Program-made: the position numbers and the translations under genes
Assembly (NCBI GenBank): GCA_963664395.2
Contig: OY761159.2
Span: forward strand, 1,056,001-1,120,000
DNA from: Candidatus Binatia bacterium
GTDB lineage: Bacteria; Desulfobacterota; Binatia; Bin18
Reading direction: 5' to 3'
Length of the DNA: 64,000 nt
Notes under the pieces: generated by a model
What the model was told of the DNA's origin: nothing
Databases searched by the model: none
Seen by the model: the letters and a program-made list of their open reading frames with translations, nothing else
Part shown: positions 9,455 to 18,242 of the stretch, piece by piece
Numbering within the stretch: the stretch's first letter is position 1
Layout of the letters: every line of letters begins with the position of its first letter

Positions 9455-10176
9455 TCTCGTTTATTATTCCCGCCTATAATGAACAGGATAACATTGGCCG
9501 AACGCTCCAGGCCCTGCACCAGGCCGTTCGGTCCTTAGACACAGCCTGTGAAATTCTGGTGGTGGACGATTCCTCGACCGACCGGACCGCCCCACTCGCC
9601 GCAGCCGGTGGGGCGTGCGTCCTTGCGGTCAGGAAGCGGCATATTGCGGCGACCCGCAACGCCGGGGCACGCGCGGCAAAGGGCGACTATCTCTTCTTTA
9701 TTGACGCGGATACCTGGATCAACGCCCCTCTCCTCCACGCGGCCGTTCACGCCCTCCGACAGGGCGCGGTGGGTGGCGGCAGTCGGTTTCGCTTTGACCG
9801 TCCACTGCCGTGGTATGGCAAAATCGCCGAGCGCATCGTGCCGCCGCTCTACAGCCTGGCGGGACTGGCCAGCGGAAGTTTTCTGTTTTGTACCCGCTCC
9901 GCCTTTGAAGCCGTGGGCGGTTTTGACGAGGCGCGCTACGCGTCAGAAGAAGTCTGGCTGAGTCTGGCGCTCCGCAAACGCGGCAGATTCGTGATTCTGC
10001 GCGAACACGTGATCACGTCAGGTCGTAAACTCCGGGTGTATTCACTCCGAGAGACGTTTCGCTTGTTTGGCTATCTACTCCGAACAGGTCCGCGGGCACT
10101 CCATCAACGCGAGGGTCTGGAGTTCTGGTATGGCGAGCGGCGGGCGGATACGTCCGAGCCGGAGGAGAGCGGCTGA
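9451..10176 (+). CDS. glycosyltransferase family 2
   Basis: GTG start overlapping the upstream TGA; ISFIIPAYNE, VVDD.STD.T, RNAGA, FIDAD, GGFDE. Confidence 0.92.
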   Translation: MISFIIPAYNEQDNIGRTLQALHQAVRSLDTACEILVVDDSSTDRTAPLAAAGGACVLAVRKRHIAATRNAGARAAKGDYLFFIDADTWINAPLLHAAVHALRQGAVGGGSRFRFDRPLPWYGKIAERIVPPLYSLAGLASGSFLFCTRSAFEAVGGFDEARYASEEVWLSLALRKRGRFVILREHVITSGRKLRVYSLRETFRLFGYLLRTGPRALHQREGLEFWYGERRADTSEPEESG

Positions 10177-10203
10177 CCGCAGCTCACCCGTTCAGCCGCG
10201 CTT

Positions 10204-10368
10204 GTCGGATTACGCTACGCTCATCCGACCTACTCGCTACGCAGAAAGAGCAACATCCCCTCTTGGGAGGCCTGTCCTGAGCCTAGTCGAAGGGCCGGGG
10301 TGGGTTCCTGGAACGCACCTGTAGGCAGACCCACCCCGCCGCTACGCGGCACCCCTCCGAGGAGGGGA
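10204..10368. repeat. cluster of REP-like palindromes between convergent genes
   Basis: GTCGGATTACGCTACGCTCATCCGACCTAC (reverse GTAG-type); CCCCTCTTGGGAGG-CCTGTCCTGAGCCTAGTCGAAGGG-CCGGGGTGGG; CCCACCCCGCCGCTACGCGGCACCCCTCCGAGGAGGGG, same family as 7989-8024. Confidence 0.78.
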
Positions 10369-10426
10369 TTTTCGGATGCCTCGCTTCCTCACAGGTCGTG
10401 AGCCCGGCGAACGCTCAGCCTCTGCA

Positions 10427-11869
10427 TTAGGCACACACCGGCGGCAGTTTCTCGATCCACGGCTGGGCCTGTTCAAGCTGAGCCGCAACGCTGAGCAACA
10501 CGTCTTCCCGCCCGTACGCAGGCATGAGATGTACGCCAACCGGCAGGCCGTCTTCACTCCAGTGTAGAGGCAAGGAAATCCCCGGTTGGCCGGTCACATT
10601 CGCAACCGGGGTATACGGGATCAGGTCGATCACCCGCCGATACACCTCATCCGGGTCGGCCGCGGCGCTGCATAGTTGACCCAAAGGCGGCGGCGGTGAG
10701 CCAAGGGTCGAGGTGAGGAGCAGGTCAAACCCCTCGGCCCACCAAGCGGCGAGACGACGCTCCCAGCGTTCCAGCCATTCGAGCGCGGCAATATACTCCG
10801 TCACACCGATGGACCGGCCCCGGTTCATGAGATCCCAGGTGTAGCGCTCAAAATCGCCGGGACCGACTTCGCGGCCAAGCGCGTCGGCAACGTCTTCAGC
10901 GGTCCGTGCGGAGTGGGCGAGTACAATCGTGCCAAAGGGAGCACCCCATTGCTCGTCCAGCGCCTCCGGGTACGCGGTTTCGACCCGATGGCCGAGAGAC
11001 TCCAGGAGTTTTGCCGCGTTCTCTGCCGCGGCTACACATTCGGGATGCAGGGCGTCTTGATTGCCCGGCCGCTTGGTCATCAGGCCGATGCGGAGCGAGC
11101 CGGGGTCACGTTGGGCAGCCGCGACGAACGAGCCCTCACAGGCGGGAGCCGTATACGGGTCGCCCGGCATGTGCCCTGCGGTCGCGTCAAGGACGGTGGC
11201 CGCGTCACGCACGGACAGCGAGACCACCCCTTCGGCAATGCAGCCGGCCCAGGCTTCGCCATAATCCGGCCCGAGCGATAAACGCCCCCGACTGGGTTTC
11301 AGGCCGACCAAGCCACACGCACTGGCTGGGATGCGAATCGACCCCCCGCCATCATTGGCGTGCGCCACGGGAACTATACGCGCGGCTACCGCCGCGGCAC
11401 TGCCGCCGCTCGACCCACCGGTCGAGTGGTTGGTATTCCACGGATTCCGGGTCGGACCGTAGGCTTCCGGCTCCGTCGTGGTGGCGAAGCCGAATTCCGG
11501 GGTGTTGGTCTGGCCAATCGTAATCAGGCCGGCGGCACGGAATTTGTCGGCCAGATAGGTGCTGTGCGAGGCCGTGTATTTCGCCTCTTTGAGCCCCTTA
11601 CAGCCACTATGGATTTCATCCCCGGCATGCGCGCAGAACAGGTCTTTCAGCAGGAAGGGCACCCCCTTGAGCGGACCGTCGGGTAAGGCTGCCGAGTCGG
11701 CTTCGGCGCGCGCCTTTTCATACCGCGGACGGATTACGGCATTAAGTTGCGGGTTGAGCTTTTCCACCCGCTCGATAGCGGCATCCACAAGCTCCCGTGG
11801 ACTGACTGCTCCGCTCCGCACCAACTCGGCCTGCGCGCTTGCATCCATTTTTGCGAGATCGTCTGCCAT
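10427..11869 (-). CDS. amidase-signature family amidase (paralog of 6426-7871)
   Basis: [28 protein letters not shown]. Confidence 0.95.
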   Translation of the reverse strand: MADDLAKMDASAQAELVRSGAVSPRELVDAAIERVEKLNPQLNAVIRPRYEKARAEADSAALPDGPLKGVPFLLKDLFCAHAGDEIHSGCKGLKEAKYTASHSTYLADKFRAAGLITIGQTNTPEFGFATTTEPEAYGPTRNPWNTNHSTGGSSGGSAAAVAARIVPVAHANDGGGSIRIPASACGLVGLKPSRGRLSLGPDYGEAWAGCIAEGVVSLSVRDAATVLDATAGHMPGDPYTAPACEGSFVAAAQRDPGSLRIGLMTKRPGNQDALHPECVAAAENAAKLLESLGHRVETAYPEALDEQWGAPFGTIVLAHSARTAEDVADALGREVGPGDFERYTWDLMNRGRSIGVTEYIAALEWLERWERRLAAWWAEGFDLLLTSTLGSPPPPLGQLCSAAADPDEVYRRVIDLIPYTPVANVTGQPGISLPLHWSEDGLPVGVHLMPAYGREDVLLSVAAQLEQAQPWIEKLPPVCA

Positions 11870-11890
11870 GATCGGTCCTCCCTTACGGTT

Positions 11891-11936
11891 GATCGTGAAT
11901 TATATCGATCGTGAATTATATTGATCGTGAATTATC
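11891..11936. repeat. 3 x 16-bp tandem direct repeat in a divergent promoter region
   Basis: GATCGTGAATTAT starts at 11891, 11907 and 11923. Confidence 0.9.
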
Positions 11937-12061
11937 CGGCCAGGCGGGAAAGTTTGTCAAGGAAAAGAATAAGGAAGAAGTAAATATTTGCTTGTCATTC
12001 GGTATTCCCGCCACTACTCTTTACGTCGTCATTGAGCATGAAGCCTGAAGAAAGGACGTAT

Positions 12062-13105
12062 ATGGACCGTATCGGCGTTGGTTTCTGGGGTGGGATGGCG
12101 GTCAATGAGCTCATTGACTGCGTCAGCCTGGCAGATCAAAAAGGCTATGAGTCGGCCTATCTGATCGAAAGCTTTGCCGATGCCTTTGGCGTGCTGTCGG
12201 CTTGCGCGCGTGAAACGTCCAAGATCATTCTTGCAACCGGCGTGGCCACAGTCTTTACCCGTAACCCGACGACCATTGCCACCGCCGCCGCGACCGTGGA
12301 TGCTATTTCAGCCGGCCGCTTTCGACTCGGCTTAGGCATCGGCCACTCGGAAATCCACCGGGCGCGAGATAATCCGGAACCGAGTCGCCCCTTCCCTTTT
12401 GACCGGCCCCTGCGTCGGCTGCGCGAAACAACCGAGGTTGTCCGCACCATCCTGAAAGGCGCAACCGCGGGCCGGCGCGTCAATTATAGCGGCCAGATCT
12501 TCCAGATTACCGACTACGAGCCGTGGCTCCATCCCTACCGCGATACTATCCCTTTCTACTTTGGGGCATTGTCGGAAAAGACCCTGGCGCTGGCGGGCGA
12601 GGTTGCCGACGGCGTACTGCCCATCTTTGTCCCGCTCGACGGCATTCCTGATGTCCTGTCAGCAGTCCAACGCGGGGCGCGGCGGGTTGGGCGTGATCCG
12701 TCTGCCATTGATATCGGCTGCTATCTGCCGTGCTGTGTCAGCCCGGACCCCGCCGCGGCAAAACGCGCGATGCAGTACGTGACGGCCATTCATATTACTG
12801 CGTATGGCTTGTACGCCCAGTATTTTGAAAGGCGCGGCTATGCGGAGACAGTCGCCCGTATGCGTACCTGCGCGACGCGTGGCGATATGGACGGGGCAGC
12901 CGCCCTGGTCACGGATGAGATGGTCGACGCCTTTGCCGTCTATGGTTCCGCTGAGCAGTGTCACCAAAAGATCGCCCGGTACCGAGCCGCCGGGGTGACC
13001 CTGCCCATTGTCTATCCTATTCATCCGACTTTCACGAATTATTTACCGGATGCCGCGGCACGGGACGGCATCCGCTATACCATTGAGGCTTTAGCTCCAG
13101 GGTAA
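12062..13105 (+). CDS. LLM-class flavin/F420-dependent oxidoreductase
   Basis: ET..I.LATGV..VFTRNP, S.GRFRLGLGIG, LAGEVADG. Confidence 0.92.
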   Translation: MDRIGVGFWGGMAVNELIDCVSLADQKGYESAYLIESFADAFGVLSACARETSKIILATGVATVFTRNPTTIATAAATVDAISAGRFRLGLGIGHSEIHRARDNPEPSRPFPFDRPLRRLRETTEVVRTILKGATAGRRVNYSGQIFQITDYEPWLHPYRDTIPFYFGALSEKTLALAGEVADGVLPIFVPLDGIPDVLSAVQRGARRVGRDPSAIDIGCYLPCCVSPDPAAAKRAMQYVTAIHITAYGLYAQYFERRGYAETVARMRTCATRGDMDGAAALVTDEMVDAFAVYGSAEQCHQKIARYRAAGVTLPIVYPIHPTFTNYLPDAAARDGIRYTIEALAPG

Positions 13106-13198
13106 GCGGGCAGAAACACGTATGAGCCTCTTATTATAAGGTGAAATGTTTATCGATAATAATACGTCATACTATTGTCCTATCGATGGAGACTTGAC

Positions 13199-13429
13199 AT
13201 GCAAACGGTAACAATCTCACCTAAGTTTCAAATTGTCATCCCGAAGGAAATCCGCGAAAATCTCCGGCTCAGTCCTGGCCAAAAAGTGCAGGCGATCATA
13301 TACGATGGCCGCATCGAACTGATCCCCTTACGGCCACTGAAACAGATGCGCGGGTTTCTGAAGGGCATCGATACAACAATAATACGAGAGGAACGTGGAT
13401 GTTGTCGCCGGGGTAAATATATACCGTGA
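13199..13429 (+). CDS. AbrB/MazE/SpoVT family antitoxin (orphan, atypical C-terminal extension)
   Basis: MQTVTISPKFQIVIPKEIRENLRLSPGQKV...IELIP...MRGFLKGIDT. Confidence 0.88.
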   Translation: MQTVTISPKFQIVIPKEIRENLRLSPGQKVQAIIYDGRIELIPLRPLKQMRGFLKGIDTTIIREERGCCRRGKYIP

Positions 13430-13684
13430 GGACACTGCCGAAGAGTGTGAAACGAGTCGCAACAGATGAACCGCTCGGTGCCTTGATGCAACAAGGGACA
13501 ACTTAAGCGCGTCGCTCTCCCTTGCATCAGAGGGCCGGCATAGCAACCGCCCGTACAATGCATCCTTGGACGCAGGACTCGACTTCAGCTATTGCCGGGG
13601 TAAAATATACCGTGAAGAAGAAAACGAGCGGATGAACCCTCGTCACTGCTGAAACGGGAACAACAAAACCTTGGAGGGCCGGCA
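13400..13684 (+). ncRNA. candidate tandem structured RNA (two related multi-stem units), family not recognised
   Basis: Units 13400-13545 and 13593-13684 share GCCGGGGTAAA(T)ATATACCGTGA, AAACGAG, GATGAACC(G)CTCG and GAGGGCCGGCAT, with complementary ends. Confidence 0.5.
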
Positions 13685-13854
13685 TCCCGTCCCATCAGCC
13701 GCGTCACCGTCGGACCGGCTAACACCCGCTCCTTATAGCCGTCTAAAACGGATAAGCTGTTCTCGGCATATGCTCCCCTGTACGTCATCCTGGGCTAGCG
13801 GAGAGAGCTAAGAGAGAATACAGGCAAAGAACAGGCAGCACAGGAGGAAAGCAC

Positions 13855-14145
13855 ATGTCAGCCTATATCATTGTGGATGTTCAGGTGACCGACCCCGAGG
13901 TGTACACAGGCTACACCAAACTCGTCCCGGCAACCGTTGAAGCCTACGGTGGGAAATTCATCGTCCGGGGGGGAGCCGCAGAAAATATGGAGGGCGACTG
14001 GGAACCCAACCGGGTGGTTGTGCTCGAATTCGAGAGCGTTGCCCAAGCCAAGGCCTGGTATAACTCGGAAGAGTACCGTGAGCCTAAAGGCATCCGGCAC
14101 AGCGCCTCTCAGGCAAAAATGATTGTGGTTGAAGGGGCAGCGTAA
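13855..14145 (+). CDS. DUF1330 domain protein
   Basis: AYIIVDV.V.DPE.Y..Y...YGGKFIVRGG...EG.W.P.RVVVLEF.S...AKAWYNS.EY. Confidence 0.92.
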   Translation: MSAYIIVDVQVTDPEVYTGYTKLVPATVEAYGGKFIVRGGAAENMEGDWEPNRVVVLEFESVAQAKAWYNSEEYREPKGIRHSASQAKMIVVEGAA

Positions 14146-14151
14146 TCGCGT

Positions 14152-14643
14152 ATGCAATTCCTGACAACGGATTTATGTGACGCCCATCCAGACCTTGTCC
14201 GCGTTGTGGAACCACTGTTTACCAATTATGGCGGCAAGGTCTGCTTTGGTGGCGAGGTCGTGACCATAAAATGTCACGAAGATAATTCCCTGGTAAAAGA
14301 GCACGCCGGCAAGCCGGGGCAAGGAAAAGTATTGGTCGTGGACGGGGGCGGCTCCATGCGACGCGCCTTGCTGGGCGATGTGATCGCAGCCACAGCACTC
14401 CAGAATGGCTGGGAAGGGTGCATTATCTATGGCTGCATTCGGGATGTAGATGCCATCCGGGCGTTGAAGCTTGGAGTGCAGGCGCTCGGAGTCATGCCCC
14501 TACGAACAGAGAAACGTGGCATTGGCGACCTGGATATTCCTGTCACGTTCGGGGGCGTCACCTTTCAGCCGGGTGAGTTTGTGTATGCCGACAATAACGG
14601 CATTATCGTATCAGCCGAACCGCTTATCACGCCGGCCTCATAG
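14152..14643 (+). CDS. rraA: RraA-like protein / HMG aldolase-oxaloacetate decarboxylase family
   Basis: [42 protein letters not shown]. Confidence 0.92.
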   Translation: MQFLTTDLCDAHPDLVRVVEPLFTNYGGKVCFGGEVVTIKCHEDNSLVKEHAGKPGQGKVLVVDGGGSMRRALLGDVIAATALQNGWEGCIIYGCIRDVDAIRALKLGVQALGVMPLRTEKRGIGDLDIPVTFGGVTFQPGEFVYADNNGIIVSAEPLITPAS

Positions 14644-14767
14644 TTTGTCAGTATCGATTCGAGACGTATCACGCTAAGAAACCCAGCCACAGAGCGACAA
14701 CATTGTTGCCTATGGGGGAGGAAGGGTGCTACTGATCGGGCAAGTCTTCTGCACTAAAGGACTCCCC

Positions 14768-15517
14768 ATGCTCATCGATCAACCCGACGGCAATTTCACC
14801 TTCATCAAAAGTAGCGGCCCTTTTTCCTCCGGCTGCCGTGCCCAGCCCGGCTATGAGGTGGCGCACGCCACCTTTCATCCGCTGCCCGCGCTGGAAAAAG
14901 GCTATGAGCTGATTGCGCATCATCTCCAGCAGCTCGGCCGCCCCATCCAGGCACTGTGTGGGCTGGAGCTGCGCATCCCGCAACCGCTCTCACCCCAGGG
15001 GTTTGCCGAGTTCAATGAACCCTACGTCCAGCGACTCGCAGACTGGAACGTCCTGGTTGATGGCCTCAACCCCACGGCGCGGACCAACGTGGCGCTGGCC
15101 GTCCACCCGGTTGCCGAGCCCTCGCTCTACGGGTTTTCCTACACCGTGCCCACGGACCACGACCGCCCCAGCTTTGTCCTGTCCGGGGCGGCTGAAATCC
15201 AGCGGTCCGAAAAAGGGTCCGAAATCGTCAGCCGCGGAGACGTGTCGCCGCAGGGCCTCAGCCACAAGGCGCAGGCGGTTCTTGAAATCCTGGCGGACCG
15301 CTTACAGGAGTTCAGCCTCGCCTGGACCGATGTGACGGCCGTCGAGCTGTACACCGTTCACAACGTGCACCCGCTGCTGGAAACGGAGATTCTGCCCGGT
15401 CTGGCCAGCGGCGGGCATCACGGCCTGCGCTGGCACTACGCCCGTCCGCCGGTCACCGAGGTCGAGGTCGAGATGGGCGCGCAGGGGGTGTATCAGGAGT
15501 TGGTCTTGCCGGGGTAG
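14768..15517 (+). CDS. CnbZ-like 2-amino-5-chloromuconate deaminase family protein
   Basis: GRP..ALCG.ELR.P.P...GF.EFN..Y, NP.ARTNV, EPSLYGFSY, W.YARPP...E.EM pattern recalled from CnbZ homologs. Confidence 0.65.
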   Translation: MLIDQPDGNFTFIKSSGPFSSGCRAQPGYEVAHATFHPLPALEKGYELIAHHLQQLGRPIQALCGLELRIPQPLSPQGFAEFNEPYVQRLADWNVLVDGLNPTARTNVALAVHPVAEPSLYGFSYTVPTDHDRPSFVLSGAAEIQRSEKGSEIVSRGDVSPQGLSHKAQAVLEILADRLQEFSLAWTDVTAVELYTVHNVHPLLETEILPGLASGGHHGLRWHYARPPVTEVEVEMGAQGVYQELVLPG

Positions 15518-15821
15518 CCGGCACTTGGCCGGTCTGAGGCATGTGCGTTGCGCCAACCCCGAAAAGCCGTCCTTGTTAGGGGTTGCGCCTCGTCTGGCAA
15601 AATTAATCAGCAAGACGGCACCCCAATAACGGCTGTTCCAGTTATCCACCTCCGGAACGGCATCCTTCATCAGACATACTCACGCCGTCCATACTGGCCC
15701 ACCAGCTCAATAGACTGGGGGCCGAGTGTGACGCTGCCCTTCACCTTGACCTCCAGATATAAACGCGCAATGGTGATGAAACTGACTGAGCAGGTTTTGC
15801 CATGAGAGCGGGGGAGAACCA

Positions 15822-18209
15822 ATGACCACGAGTCTGGTCGGTACGGGAAAAGCAGTCGGAACGCGGGTGAGACGGGTCGAAGACCCGCGAGTGCTCTTGG
15901 GTCAAAGCCAATATGTCGATGATATCCACCTGCCCGGCACCCTCGGTGTCGCGTTTGTCCGTAGCCCCTACGCCCATGCCCGTGTGCTCAAGGTCGATGT
16001 CAGCGCCGCTCAAGCATATCCAGGGGTGGAGGCGGTCTTGACCGGGGCAGATGTTGCCCAGGCGATCCGGCCCTTACGCGTGGAGTATGACCCAGCCAAG
16101 GCCCCGAAACACAAGCCGTGCAACTGGTCGGTGTTAGCCCAGGACAAGGTTCGTTTCGTGGGAGAACCCGTGGCGGTCGTCGTCGCATCTGATCGCTACA
16201 CGGCGGAGGATGCAGCTGCTCTTGCGGAAGTCGACTACGAGCCTATCGAGGTTGTGCGAGACATAGAACAGGCCATGGAACCGAACGCGCCGCTTATCCA
16301 TGAGGAATGGGGCGACAATCTCATGCAGTCGGTGGACATGGAGGCCGGAGCGATTGCCCAGGCATTCCAATCAGCGGACTGCATAGTGGCTGAGCGCTTT
16401 GCCACCGGCCGACATCTGGCGCTGCCCATGGAGACGCGGGGCTGTCTGGCCCACTATGAGACAGCGCTGAACTCCCTCACACTGTGGTCTTCGACCCAAG
16501 TGCCGCATCTGATGCGCGCCCACCTTGCCCGCCTGCTTGACTTTCCCGAACACCATATCCGGGTCATTGCGCCGGATGTCGGCGGGGGGTTTGGACCGAA
16601 GGCCTATGTCTATCCCGAAGAAGTCTTGCTGTCCTTCCTCTCCAAGCGGGTGGGCTGCCCGGTCAAATGGATCGAAGATCGACGCGAAAACTTATCCGCA
16701 TCGACGTTGCAGGCTAAGCAACAAGTCGTGCACGCGGAGCTCGCCCTTACAAAGGATGGAGCTATTCTGGGGGTCAAGGGGCGTTTTATATGCGACGTAG
16801 GCGCATACTCAGCCTATCCGTGGGGCTCCGCCCTGGAAGCCGGCATGGCAGCGTCAGCCTTCCCTGGAGGCCCGTATAAGGTCCCGGCCTTCCACTGCGA
16901 GGCCCTCTCAGTTGTCACCAACAAGGTGACGAGTGGAGCGTATCGTGGGGTGGGCTTGCCGGTCAGCATCCTGGTCATGGAACGCCTGCTCGACCTGGGG
17001 GCACGGAAATTAGGGCTCGACCCAGCCGAATTACGCCTCCGTAATATGATCCGTAAGGAAGAACATCCCTATCAGATCGTCACCGGGGTTGAGATTGAAA
17101 GCGGCAGCCACCGCGAATCTCTGCAAAAAGCCTTGGACATGCTCGACTATGAGGCTTTCCGGGCCGAGCAGCAGCAGGCGAGACAACACGGGCGATACAT
17201 CGGCGTTGGCCTGGGCTGTTATGTTGAGAGCTCGTCCTACAGCTATCGCAGTTTTGAGCCGGTCGGCATCAACTGGGGCGGCTATGAATCCGCCACCGTG
17301 CGCATAGACGCAAACGGCAAGGTCACCGTCCTCGTTGGGACCCACTCCCACGGCCAGGGCCATGAGACGACGTTTGCCCAGGTTGCGGCAGATGAACTGG
17401 GCGTGTCCGTCGCTGACGTCAGAGTGATCCAGGGAGATACCACGACCGTCCCACACGGCTGGGGGACGTGGGCCAGCCGCAGTGCCGTGCTCGGCGGCGG
17501 GGCGATTATTCAGGCGTCGAGCCGGCTGCGGGAGAAAATTCTGCGCACCGCCTCACGCCTGAGCGAGGTGCCACAAGATGACCTTGAGTTGGCCGAGGGG
17601 CTGGTCCGGCGTAAGACGGATGAGATGACACTCATGCCACTCCAAGACATCGCTCATCTCCTAGTTGTGCAAGCACCAGCAGGCTTGCCGGAAGACGAAG
17701 AGCCAGGTCTGGAAGCGACCGCCCACTACACCCCGCCCCCGTGGACCCATGCCAATGCCACCTTCCTGGCGACTGTTGAGGTGGACATCGAAACCGGCTG
17801 CGTACAGCTCTTACGTCTTATTGCGGTTGAGGACTGTGGCACAATTATCAACCCGATGGTGGTTGATGGACAGATCCAAGGCGGCGTGGCCCAGGGGATA
17901 GGAACAGCACTGTACGAGCAGACGGTGTACGACGAAAATGGCCAACTGCTGACGGGTACGCTGATGGACTATCTGGCCCCAACAGCGGTGGACGTACCTC
18001 AGGTAGAAATCGGACATATTGAAACGCCGGCCCCGAATACGCCGCACGGCATCAAAGGCATGGGCGAAGGCGGGGCTATTTCACCGCCGGCAGCCATAGC
18101 CAATGCCGTGGCAGATGCCCTGGCACCGTTGGGGGTGCGAGTCAACGAGATTCCACTCACCCCAGAGCGCGTCCTCATGCTGATTGACCAAGGGCGTAAT
18201 GGAGCGTGA
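15822..18209 (+). CDS. xanthine dehydrogenase family molybdopterin-binding large subunit (CoxL-like)
   Basis: RVEDPR.L.G..QYVDD, DVGGGFG.K, AYRGVG, HGQGHET, GQIQGG.AQG, KGMGEG. Confidence 0.95.
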   Translation: MTTSLVGTGKAVGTRVRRVEDPRVLLGQSQYVDDIHLPGTLGVAFVRSPYAHARVLKVDVSAAQAYPGVEAVLTGADVAQAIRPLRVEYDPAKAPKHKPCNWSVLAQDKVRFVGEPVAVVVASDRYTAEDAAALAEVDYEPIEVVRDIEQAMEPNAPLIHEEWGDNLMQSVDMEAGAIAQAFQSADCIVAERFATGRHLALPMETRGCLAHYETALNSLTLWSSTQVPHLMRAHLARLLDFPEHHIRVIAPDVGGGFGPKAYVYPEEVLLSFLSKRVGCPVKWIEDRRENLSASTLQAKQQVVHAELALTKDGAILGVKGRFICDVGAYSAYPWGSALEAGMAASAFPGGPYKVPAFHCEALSVVTNKVTSGAYRGVGLPVSILVMERLLDLGARKLGLDPAELRLRNMIRKEEHPYQIVTGVEIESGSHRESLQKALDMLDYEAFRAEQQQARQHGRYIGVGLGCYVESSSYSYRSFEPVGINWGGYESATVRIDANGKVTVLVGTHSHGQGHETTFAQVAADELGVSVADVRVIQGDTTTVPHGWGTWASRSAVLGGGAIIQASSRLREKILRTASRLSEVPQDDLELAEGLVRRKTDEMTLMPLQDIAHLLVVQAPAGLPEDEEPGLEATAHYTPPPWTHANATFLATVEVDIETGCVQLLRLIAVEDCGTIINPMVVDGQIQGGVAQGIGTALYEQTVYDENGQLLTGTLMDYLAPTAVDVPQVEIGHIETPAPNTPHGIKGMGEGGAISPPAAIANAVADALAPLGVRVNEIPLTPERVLMLIDQGRNGA

Positions 18210-18242
18210 GATGTTTGAAAAGGTCAGCAAGAGGAGAAGCGG

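Noticed and set aside
11891-11936. CRISPR array
   Set aside because: Repeats are contiguous with no spacers, and no cas genes; no CRISPR array seen in the window
13420-13650. Hammerhead ribozyme reading of the tandem element (GAAAC-stem-GTC)
   Set aside because: CUGANGA core absent (CCGTGAG/CCGTGAA instead); unit 1 lacks the NUH triplet and unit 2 lacks stem II
13798-13835. Glycine riboswitch-like words GGAGAGA and CAGGCAAAGAAC
   Set aside because: No GCCGAAG block or supporting helices between them
15545-15700. Moco or guanidine-III riboswitch upstream of the CoxL-like gene
   Set aside because: A hairpin (CAACCCC/GGGGTTG) and CAAGACGGC are present, but the other consensus blocks are missing
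15822-18209. Aerobic CO dehydrogenase call
   Set aside because: Lacks the AYXCSFR motif and coxMS neighbours
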